Shown piece after piece: positions 10,845 to 18,243 of a DNA stretch of 64,000 nucleotides. The stretch comes from Candidatus Multivoradales bacterium (GTDB taxonomy: Bacteria > Acidobacteriota > Thermoanaerobaculia > Multivoradales > J023), in assembly GCA_965248925.1 (NCBI GenBank), contig CBDFLE010000006.1:2752001-2816000 (forward strand). The letters are read 5' to 3'. The translations under genes and the position numbers were made by a program. The notes under the pieces were generated by a model. It worked only from the letters and a program-made list of their open reading frames with translations. It had not been told where the DNA came from and searched no databases. Within the stretch, counting starts at the first letter, position 1, and every line of letters starts with the position of its first letter.

Positions 10845-12551
10845 ATGAAGCTCGACCAGCACCACGCCAAACTCGCGGCCGCCGCGGAAGAGAGCTTGCA
10901 GAAGATCCGCGAGGACCAGAAGAAGCTCAACAGCAGGCTCAGGCCGTTACTAGAGTATCTGGAAGAACACCTCTTCCTGCCTGGCCTGGGGGTCGACCAG
11001 CTGCGGCTGAAGTGCGGCATCAAGAGTCGCTCGGTGGGCGCTGAGTTTAGCCATGCGCTGGGGGTACCGCTGAAGACCTACATGGAAGACCGCCGGCTGG
11101 AGACTGCGGTTGAGCTACTGCGCCACAAAGATCTGCGGATCAGAGAAATCAGCGAGCTGATGGGCTGTTATTCGAACGTTTCGGTCTTCAGCCGCGCCTT
11201 CACGCGCTGGAGCAATCTGCATGCGAATACTCTGCGCCAACAGCTACAAGCCAAGTCGCCACTGCCCAGCGTGCCGACCAGCGAGATGCTGACCCGAGGT
11301 TTTTGGTACCCGGCGATGCTGGGCAAATTGGATGCGGAGCAAGAATATCGATTCTGCCGCCATGTCCAGGCGCTCTACCCCAAGAGCCTCAGCCTCGCCA
11401 CCGCGGAGTCGAGTGACGACTCCGCGCCGCGCCCGGAGCGAGTTGACGGGCGCCTGCTCGAGCGCTGTAGGGGCGAAGAGATCTGGCAAGAGATCGCCGA
11501 TCAACCGCTTCAGCAGCAGCGCCAGCGGGTGCTGGGGGTGGAATTCCGTAGCACCGAATTTTTCGACCTCCTGCTGCGCAAGAGCCGCGAGGAAGGCCGC
11601 AAAGACCGCCAACGAGGGGTCGATATCGCTCTCTTGGCCCTCGACACCATCGACGCCAGTTCTGACTTGTTGACCGAGGACCCCGCGGAGCTGCATGCCA
11701 GGGGCTGGGCCTGGGTCGGCAACGCTCGCCGTCTGGCGCTCGATTTACCCGGCGCCGAACAGGCTTTCAACCGGGCAGAAATAGACCTGGCGTCGCGACT
11801 TGGGGGCCGAGCGCTCTTTGCCAAGGCCGAGATCTGGCTCTGCCGGGCCGGTCTCCGCCTCGATCAGCGGCGTTTCGATGAGGCGCTCGAACTGGCCAAT
11901 CTTGCAGTACCGATTCTTGACAAATCAGATGATCAACACCGGCTTGTCGAAGCGAGAGTCTTCCGGGCTCGAATTCGCTGCTATAGCGGTGATTTCGCAG
12001 TAGTTGAAGAAATCGAAGAGCTTCTCTGCCGATTGGCGAATAAGCCGCAAAGGTGGCTCGAGTTTTCCGCGCTTACAGTCCTGGCTTGTGCCCAGGCCCT
12101 GAGTGACCAGCATCAGCTGGCTCACTCCACCGTGGGCCGGGCCAAGAAGGTTGCTAGTGGTCTCTCTAACTTGTCCGCGTTCTCCTTACTGGACTGGATA
12201 GAAGGCCTGATGGCCAGTGCCAAGGAACCGTTGGCCAAGGCTGAGGCCCTTCTGCTCTCGGCCAGAGCAGGATTTCACCGGTCTGACGAAGTCTGGTTTG
12301 GAGTTGGCGTTACACTCGATCTGGCTATCCTCTACGCCAGGCAGGGGCGAAACGCAGAGGTTCTCGGCCTGACCGCCAAAGTTTTTCCGGTTCTCAGAGC
12401 ATTTGGATTCGACCACAAGATCTCCGTAGCCGTCTCTTTATTGGAGAAGGAGATCACCCTGAACCAACCAGCGCTCGAAAGCCTGTTGCAGATCAGGGCG
12501 GTCATTGAGGCAGTTCTCAAGCTACCGCCACTACAGATCGCGGACATCTAG
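10845..12551 (+). CDS. AraC-family HTH regulator fused to a TPR-like helical-repeat domain
   Basis: GGAGG RBS, ATG 10845. AraC signature YMEDRRLETAVELLRHKDLRIREISELMGCYSNVSVFSRAFTRW. C-terminal helical repeats (ARGWAWVGNARRLALDLPGAEQAFNRAE; LRLDQRRFDEALELA; LAILYARQGRNAEV). Confidence 0.85.
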   Translation: MKLDQHHAKLAAAAEESLQKIREDQKKLNSRLRPLLEYLEEHLFLPGLGVDQLRLKCGIKSRSVGAEFSHALGVPLKTYMEDRRLETAVELLRHKDLRIREISELMGCYSNVSVFSRAFTRWSNLHANTLRQQLQAKSPLPSVPTSEMLTRGFWYPAMLGKLDAEQEYRFCRHVQALYPKSLSLATAESSDDSAPRPERVDGRLLERCRGEEIWQEIADQPLQQQRQRVLGVEFRSTEFFDLLLRKSREEGRKDRQRGVDIALLALDTIDASSDLLTEDPAELHARGWAWVGNARRLALDLPGAEQAFNRAEIDLASRLGGRALFAKAEIWLCRAGLRLDQRRFDEALELANLAVPILDKSDDQHRLVEARVFRARIRCYSGDFAVVEEIEELLCRLANKPQRWLEFSALTVLACAQALSDQHQLAHSTVGRAKKVASGLSNLSAFSLLDWIEGLMASAKEPLAKAEALLLSARAGFHRSDEVWFGVGVTLDLAILYARQGRNAEVLGLTAKVFPVLRAFGFDHKISVAVSLLEKEITLNQPALESLLQIRAVIEAVLKLPPLQIADI

Positions 12552-12737
12552 GGCGGCCCTCTCCGAAATCACCCGAGAGGATCAGCGATAGGTAACCAGC
12601 CTGTCGGTGCTGGGTTTCTTACACCCTTCAAAGTCGAATTTCCCATAGCCAACTCCTTCTTCCGGTCGGCGCAAGCCGGCTCGGCATGATCCGGCTGCCC
12701 TCTTGGAGGTGGTGAACCCTAGCGAGAATCCAGCCTC

Positions 12738-12750
12738 TTGCACATCCGAA
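12738..12750 (+). promoter_or_regulatory. TTGCACATCCGAA box identical to 10660-10672
   Basis: Exact 13-bp match, upstream of the PCD-like genes. Confidence 0.45.
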
Positions 12751-12868
12751 GTGCTAACTGACCCTGCCGATAGCACACGAAAAAAGTCAATAGCTGAGTT
12801 CTGGAACTGGTGGGACCCGGGGGACGGGCGAAGCCGGCGAGCATCTTGCTCGCGCGGCGTTTCTGACT

Positions 12869-13195
12869 TTGGCTGCACCGCAACAGAAAATCTCTACAGC
12901 AAGAACGACCGCCACCTCAGCCGGTCACCCTGTGGAGATCAGCGTGCAAGACCCCGAGCTCAACACCACCCCCCAGCCACCGCCCGGCTGGCGCTACTCG
13001 TCTAATGGCCGGGCGACTCTCGACAAGCACTACGCCTTCGCCCACTGGCGTGAGGCGCTGATCTTTGTCGAGTTGGTGCTCTACCTCGGCGAGCTGGCCG
13101 GCTTGCAGCCGGGGATCGTGATCTGCGGCTCGCGGGTGGCGATCAAGCTTGGGGCTGATGAAGTTCAGTTCGCTCGCCTTCTCGACGCGCCTTGA
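12869..13195 (+). CDS. Pterin-4a-carbinolamine dehydratase (PCD/DCoH)-fold-like protein without catalytic histidines (start may be GTG 12944)
   Basis: PPGW...LDKHYAFAHWREALIFVELVLYLGELAGLQPGIVICGSRVAIKL...FARLLD follows the PCD pattern, but HHP reads LQP and there is no TH motif. Confidence 0.55.
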   Translation: MAAPQQKISTARTTATSAGHPVEISVQDPELNTTPQPPPGWRYSSNGRATLDKHYAFAHWREALIFVELVLYLGELAGLQPGIVICGSRVAIKLGADEVQFARLLDAP

Positions 13196-13241
13196 ATGGG
13201 TGGGCACCAGACTTTGTGGGTGGGTGCCCGCGTCCCTCCCC

Positions 13242-13283
13242 CCTCCGGGCCGGAGATTGCTGTCGCTGGTCCGGAGGCTTTTT
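13242..13283 (+). terminator. Intrinsic terminator between the two PCD-like genes
   Basis: Stem CCTCCGGGCCGG / CTGGTCCGGAGG (2 G-U pairs) followed by CTTTTT. Confidence 0.65.
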
Positions 13284-13312
13284 CTACCTCTCACCTCAAA
13301 GGCGGGAACACA

Positions 13313-13621
13313 GTGAAACCAGAACGCATTCAACTCGGCCTCAAGAGCCTCGTCCACTGGCGCCAGTCTGCCGCGACGGAGCAGGCCATCGTCCGTCATT
13401 ACCGCTTTGTCGACTCGGCCGCGACCGTCCGCTTCCTGCGCGAAAGCCTGGAGCTGGCGGAGCACCAGCAGCTGCCGATCGAGCTGCACCTGAAGAACGA
13501 CGCGCTGAGTGCGCGGCTGCCCGGCGATTCAGCCTCTGAGCTGACTGAAAGGCACTTTTCTTTGGCCAGAGCGATCGAGAGCAAAGCCCTCGGCGTCACC
13601 TTGGTGATCCGCGGTGAGTAG
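13313..13621 (+). CDS. Second PCD/DCoH-fold-like protein without catalytic histidines
   Basis: GTG 13313. LVHW...AIVRHYRFVDSAATVRFLRESLELAEHQQLPIELHL...LTERHFSLARAIES follows the PCD layout; no HHP or TH. Confidence 0.55.
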   Translation: MKPERIQLGLKSLVHWRQSAATEQAIVRHYRFVDSAATVRFLRESLELAEHQQLPIELHLKNDALSARLPGDSASELTERHFSLARAIESKALGVTLVIRGE

Positions 13622-14009
13622 CCAGCGGCAGAACGGCCGCTCGCCCGACAGCCTGCCGATAGGCGATCAAGAGCTAAGACGGCTGGTGCATCACTGCACC
13701 GACCGGCTCGTCGACGTTGAGGAGCGTTTGAACGATCCCCGCTTGCACCGGCTCACCGGTGCCAACATCAGCGGATCAATCCGCGCAGTGGACCTGGCGG
13801 CGATCCTGCTGAATGGCCTCTACAAACTCCACATCAAGCCGGTGGCAGCCTTGCTGCAAATGATCGACCTGGCAGTGGATCCCGACAGCGAGGGTTGCGA
13901 GCCAGCCAAAGAGATGCTGCGCGACTGCCTCTTGCGCCCGCTGCCAGCGGCGGCAGCGGAGGCAGCGGGGCTGGGGAAGCTCGGCGGCAACCGGGAAGAA
14001 GACCCATGA
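13614..14009 (+). CDS. Hypothetical helical protein
   Basis: 131-aa ORF overlapping the upstream stop, part of a coupled gene string. Confidence 0.55.
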   Translation: MSSQRQNGRSPDSLPIGDQELRRLVHHCTDRLVDVEERLNDPRLHRLTGANISGSIRAVDLAAILLNGLYKLHIKPVAALLQMIDLAVDPDSEGCEPAKEMLRDCLLRPLPAAAAEAAGLGKLGGNREEDP

Positions 14010-14092
14010 CCGCCGGTGCCTGCGACCCAGCCGCCGACGCGCTCGCCGACCATCCTGGCGGGTGGGTACCAAATAGCGAGGACATGCTGTGA
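14006..14092 (+). CDS. 28-aa bridging mini-ORF (MTAGACDPAADALADHPGGWVPNSEDML)
   Basis: ATGA overlap with the upstream stop and GTGA overlap with the downstream start. Confidence 0.35.
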   Translation: MTAGACDPAADALADHPGGWVPNSEDML

Positions 14093-14781
14093 GTGACCCG
14101 CAAGACACCAGTTTCTACTTGATCAAGTTCATGGAAGAGGTCACGGAGAACTTCGAGACGGACGAGTTCGAGAGCTACCCCCAAGAGATCCAGAACAGCC
14201 TGCGGGCTCTGCATCACGGCGTGCTCTCGAAGATGTACCAGGCCAAGGTGCAGGATGCTGAGCTGAGCAGTTTCATCGAGCCTTTTCTGGCGGCGATCGA
14301 GGCCGCGACCAAGAGCCTCGCCGGACCACAGGATCGTACTAACGAGGCCGCCACTTACGAGCCAGCAAAGCCATTCGACGCCCACCCGCTGAAGCTCACC
14401 ATGCCTGATGGCACCCTAGAAGGTGAGGTCTTCTGCCTCTACCTCAACCATCCCTTCCGAGAATCTTGTTTGTCCGAACTCTCACCCGCCCGCTCTGAGC
14501 TGGTGCGCCGCTTCGGCATCCTGATGTACACCGCGCTGGGTGCGCCGGCAATCTCCGGGCACGACCGAGAATGGGAGGTCCGCGGTGGACTGCTCGACAT
14601 CGAGCGCGCATTGCGGGCGTTCGATATGTACTCGGACTATGGCCAGACACCGCTGAGCGGACCACTCAAGGGCTGGTGTAATCGCCTGCAGGTGATTGCC
14701 ACCGAAATGCGCGAGGCTTTCGGCCGGCTGCCCGGCGAGCTGCCGGGCTCGGCTGTTGCCACGGAGAAGGATGATGCATGA
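14089..14781 (+). CDS. Hypothetical acidic helical protein
   Basis: 230-aa ORF with GAGG upstream and protein-like composition; no recognisable motif. Confidence 0.65.
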   Translation: MSDPQDTSFYLIKFMEEVTENFETDEFESYPQEIQNSLRALHHGVLSKMYQAKVQDAELSSFIEPFLAAIEAATKSLAGPQDRTNEAATYEPAKPFDAHPLKLTMPDGTLEGEVFCLYLNHPFRESCLSELSPARSELVRRFGILMYTALGAPAISGHDREWEVRGGLLDIERALRAFDMYSDYGQTPLSGPLKGWCNRLQVIATEMREAFGRLPGELPGSAVATEKDDA

Positions 14782-14992
14782 GAACCCAGAGACCGCTTCG
14801 ACTTCGCCCATGGATGCCGAAGAATTGTCGGTGCCCGAGATCGAACCCCGCGGCGGCTCGCCGCCCGCCCTGCTGGAGCCGTGAGATGGGTGCCAGGCGA
14901 ATAGTCCGAGGGGCTCCCGTGTCGACGCCAAGCCGGCGCCGCGCTCGGCAGATGGGGTCTACGTGGTGGGGGCAAGGCGAAGAGACAGTCTT

Positions 14993-15348
14993 TGGTGGAG
15001 GCGGTGGGAGTCGAACCCACGTCCGAGAAACTCAATCCGGAGGCTTCTACGTGTGTGTCCTCCACATTCTTTTCTCGTCATCGCGCTTAGGTGGGAGGCA
15101 GCCGTCGCGAAGACCAGCCCTGCTAATTGCCCAATCTCGTCGCAGGGCGCTCCGAGATCTTTGGATCCACTACATGTTGCGCTTCCGAAAAACGCCGTGA
15201 ATCAAGGCCTCTATCGGAAACGTCACGGCTTAAGCCGCGAGGGCCATCGGCATGTTGTCGTTGGCAGTTCTAAAAGTTCCAGATAACGGCTGGATGCCGA
15301 CACGCAACCTCGGGACTGCTTGCTCCTCGTCGAAACCGGTGCGCCCCC
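14993..15348 (-). ncRNA. ssrA: tmRNA (transfer-messenger RNA)
   Basis: 5' GGGGGCG...GGTTTCGAC; 3' GTGGGTTCGACTCCCACCGCCTCCACCA. Acceptor stem has the G3-U alanine determinant; 356 nt; internal tag ORF. Confidence 0.97.
15230..15265 (-). other. tmRNA proteolysis tag reading frame, (A)ANDNMPMALAA
   Basis: GCC AAC GAC AAC ATG CCG ATG GCC CTC GCG GCT TAA; typical ANDN...ALAA tag. Confidence 0.9.
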
Positions 15349-15382
15349 AAAGACTGTCTTCAAAGAACCAAGGCGGTCACTC

Positions 15383-15391
15383 ACTATAACA
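15383..15391 (-). promoter_or_regulatory. Extended -10 promoter of ssrA
   Basis: Minus strand TGtTATAGT about 35 nt upstream of the mature 5' end. Confidence 0.6.
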
Positions 15392-15406
15392 GAATCTGGG
15401 GGCTGA

Positions 15407-15877
15407 CTATTCCCCATCGAGACTGGCGAAGAATTCCTCGGGGCCACTGTTACCTAAGCGCGAAACGACCACGAACCAGGCCGCGATGGCGACCACGATG
15501 CCCATTGGCAGCAGCGGTCGCAGGGCGGGCACCAATGGGCTGAAGACCACGCTCAAGGCGCCCAAGGCAGCAAAGATGAGGAACAAGAAAGCCATGCGGT
15601 TGACCCGCAGCTCGCTATTCTCGATGGTCAGCACCAGCCGCGAGCCGCCGTTGTGGGGTTGCACTTCTAGCGGCCCAGCAACCCAGCCGCGGCGCAGACC
15701 GGCTCTGGCCGGTAGACCCAGGCGGCCTGCCAACTCGCCTCCTGGCTGCCACAGGCCGCCCCAGGCTTCGGCGGCGACCGCCACTCGCCGTAGGGTTTCG
15801 GCGGGCGTCAGGCTGAACTCGGCGACGTGCTGTTCTTGGGGGCTCTCTACCGCTGAGCTGTTCTCTAAGGTGCTCAA
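15407..15877 (-). CDS. Hypothetical membrane protein (2 C-terminal TM helices)
   Basis: GGAGG RBS and TTG 15877 overlapping the dusB stop (TTGA); two hydrophobic segments. Confidence 0.7.
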   Translation of the reverse strand: MSTLENSSAVESPQEQHVAEFSLTPAETLRRVAVAAEAWGGLWQPGGELAGRLGLPARAGLRRGWVAGPLEVQPHNGGSRLVLTIENSELRVNRMAFLFLIFAALGALSVVFSPLVPALRPLLPMGIVVAIAAWFVVVSRLGNSGPEEFFASLDGE

Positions 15878-16857
15878 GCTGCCTCCTCGAGTTCGATCTC
15901 GGCCAGAAAGTTTTCGACCGCATTGAACAGGCTCGCCGCGTCGGGTTGTGGAAAAATCTGCCGCCGCAAAGCCAGGCCACGCGGCAGGCCGCGGCTGTAC
16001 CAGCCGGTGAAGGTGCGCAGTTTGTGCAGCGCGGTAGTAGGGTCTTCGCGCTCGATCACGGCGCGGAAATGACCGAGGATCAACCGCCGTCGGTCGGCCA
16101 AGGTCGGTCCCGCCAGAGGATCGTTGGCCAGCAGCGCGGTGATCTGGCGGAAGATCCACGGGTTGCAAATCGCCCCGCGGCCCACCATCACGCCGTCGCA
16201 GCCGGTCTGGCGCAGCATCCGCACCGCGTCTTCAGGCTCGGTGATATCTCCATTGCCGATCACCGGGATCGACAGGGTCTCTTTGAGTTCGGCGATCTCG
16301 CGCCATTCGGCTGCACCGCGGAAGCCTTGGCGAGCAGTACGGGCGTGCAGGGTGACGGCGTCGGCCCCCTCAGCCTCACAGATCCGGCCGAGTTCCAGAT
16401 AGTTGCGGCGGCGGTCGTCAACGCCGAGGCGGAATTTCACCGTCAGCGGCACACTCACCGCGCGGCGAACTGCGCCCACTATGCGCCGGGCGAGGTCGAG
16501 ATCGCCCATCAGTGCCGCGCCGGAGCAGCCCTTGAGGATCTTGTTCGCCGGACAGCCCATGTTGATGTCGCAAATGTCAGGACCGAGCTGTTCGACACGG
16601 CGGGCAGCTTCAGCCATGGTGTCGACATCCGAGCCATAGATCTGAATTGCCAACGGCCGCTCCTCAGCGACAAAGTGCAGCAGCTTCCCCACTCTCTTGA
16701 GGCCAGCGACCAGCTCTTTCGACGAGATGAACTCCATCGACAGCAGACCCACCCCGCCGATCCGCCGCACGATGAGACGGAAATCACGGTCGGTGACGCC
16801 GGCCATCGGAGCCAGCACCAGCGGCGGGTCGATGGAGATGGAACCAAGCTTGAACAT
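15874..16857 (-). CDS. dusB: tRNA-dihydrouridine synthase DusB family
   Basis: LAPMAGVTD, DINMGCP, GAALM, PLTVKFRLG, LHART, PVIGNGDI, DGVMVGRG motifs. Confidence 0.93.
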   Translation of the reverse strand: MFKLGSISIDPPLVLAPMAGVTDRDFRLIVRRIGGVGLLSMEFISSKELVAGLKRVGKLLHFVAEERPLAIQIYGSDVDTMAEAARRVEQLGPDICDINMGCPANKILKGCSGAALMGDLDLARRIVGAVRRAVSVPLTVKFRLGVDDRRRNYLELGRICEAEGADAVTLHARTARQGFRGAAEWREIAELKETLSIPVIGNGDITEPEDAVRMLRQTGCDGVMVGRGAICNPWIFRQITALLANDPLAGPTLADRRRLILGHFRAVIEREDPTTALHKLRTFTGWYSRGLPRGLALRRQIFPQPDAASLFNAVENFLAEIELEEAA

Positions 16858-16862
16858 GGCTA

Positions 16863-18200
16863 GATTCTAACCGAGAGAGGTTGTGCTAACGGGTGCTGGC
16901 AAGAACAGCCGAAGATCTAAGCCTTGAGGCGAAAAGTCACCCGGACGAACTTGCCGCCAGTGTCTTGCAATAGCTCCGCATCTGTTCCGTTGAACTCCCT
17001 CATCGCTCGCCGCATCACTGGCCAGCCTCGACCTCTCTGCTCCATGGCTCCCATAACCAGCATGAAATTGGCCATCAGCTCATTGCGGGATCGCGGATGG
17101 CCACCGGAGCGAACACTCTCGACGGTGAGGTGATTGGGCAGCGTTCCCGGACTGGTGATGTCGATGCGATCTGAGAACACTTCGAGCAGAACTTTCGAGC
17201 CGGTGATCGCATAGTCACGATGGACCACGGCGTTGACCAACGCCTCACGCAGCGCTTTCTCCGGCACTAGAGGAATGTCCTGGCGAAGAAGGCCCTTGTA
17301 GGATTCGGTTCGCCCGAGGCTTCGAACCCACCCAATGGCGCGTTGGGCCTGTTCGTCCAAACGCCCCTTGGCATCTCCGACGAGGATGACATCCGAGGCG
17401 CGATCAGATCCGCTATAGGCCGCGCAGCCAATCCAAGAACTCGCCGTTTGCGAGTAGCGCTGGGGCTCTTTGCCAAATGCAATTATGCCGTAGAGGGTGG
17501 CATGAAGTGTTCCGTCGACTTCTGCCAAAACACCTCGGTTCCGCAGGTCATCTTCTGTGGTGGGCTGAGGCTCTTCTTCGGTCTCGAGGCCCAAGGCGAG
17601 CAGGTAACTGCGAAAGGCGGCATGATCGACATCAGCGGTACCGGCCGCTTGAAGCGTGCGTTCTTCAGTCAAGATGTAGCCGAATGCATTGTAGAGTTCT
17701 TGCAGCTCCATGGGTGAAGGCTCTACGCTGCTGCGTTCCCGTCGAACCCAGACCCGCCCCCCGTAACGCAACGGCTCGAACCCCCGCTGACGGGAGACCT
17801 CGATCCAGTGGATGGCTCTGCCGAGATCGCTATGGTGTCCGGTTCGAGCTGACACTGGAGCGCTACAGCCCGATTGCAGGAAGTTGGTAAGGCGCTCCTG
17901 CACGGTTTCGGGATCCTCTCTCACACCGACGATGGCCGCCGAATCGTCGATGCCCAGAATGACGACTCCACCGCTGCTATTTGCAAAGGCGCAGATAGAC
18001 TTGCCGGCAGCCTTGAAGTCGCCGAGTCCACGCTTGAACTCGGTTTCGTAGCTCTCTCCAGATTCGATTCGTTGAAGGACATCAAGCCACTTCATGGAAT
18101 GCCTCAAAATCAGCCGATCGGCTTGCGCCAGGGGTCGCTTCTGGTCGCCGGGGCAATAAAACTACGGTCAAGACTCAACACTTGTCGGATTCTAACCGAG
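16863..18200. mobile_element. Single-gene islet flanked by the 13-bp direct repeat GATTCTAACCGAG
   Basis: Exact copies at 16863-16875 and 18188-18200 enclose one accessory gene. Confidence 0.6.
16917..18095 (-). CDS. Schlafen/AlbA_2 domain protein with a RecG-C/HATPase_c_4-like C-terminal domain
   Basis: GESYETEFKR, ICAFANSSGGVVILGIDD (AlbA_2); ALREALVNAVVHRDY, VFSDRIDITSPG, SRNELMA, MEQRGRGW (HATPase_c_4). ATG 18095 with GAGG upstream. Confidence 0.88.
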   Translation of the reverse strand: MKWLDVLQRIESGESYETEFKRGLGDFKAAGKSICAFANSSGGVVILGIDDSAAIVGVREDPETVQERLTNFLQSGCSAPVSARTGHHSDLGRAIHWIEVSRQRGFEPLRYGGRVWVRRERSSVEPSPMELQELYNAFGYILTEERTLQAAGTADVDHAAFRSYLLALGLETEEEPQPTTEDDLRNRGVLAEVDGTLHATLYGIIAFGKEPQRYSQTASSWIGCAAYSGSDRASDVILVGDAKGRLDEQAQRAIGWVRSLGRTESYKGLLRQDIPLVPEKALREALVNAVVHRDYAITGSKVLLEVFSDRIDITSPGTLPNHLTVESVRSGGHPRSRNELMANFMLVMGAMEQRGRGWPVMRRAMREFNGTDAELLQDTGGKFVRVTFRLKA

Positions 18201-18243
18201 GTGGCTCGCATCGGTTGGATTCGACCGATAAGATCCGCCTCCT

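Larger units (their letters stand above)
8401..14982. mobile_element. Probable accessory island between mtnA and the tmRNA 3' end (no integrase visible)
   Basis: Contains only hypothetical or regulatory ORFs, has visibly more AT-rich stretches (about 9.7-10.5 kb and 11.9-12.8 kb), and abuts the ssrA 3' end, a known integration hotspot. No att repeat found. Confidence 0.45.

Noticed and set aside
12725-12740. 16-bp sequence AGAATCCAGCCTCTTG also found at 51626-51641 upstream of acnA
   Set aside because: Roughly one 16-mer match is expected by chance in 64 kb, and there is no flanking similarity or functional link, although both copies are intergenic.
14964-14973. TGGTGGGGGC as a degenerate att copy of the tmRNA 3' end
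   Set aside because: Only 9/10 identity in G-rich DNA, about 30 nt from the gene; no convincing copy at the far island edge near 8400.
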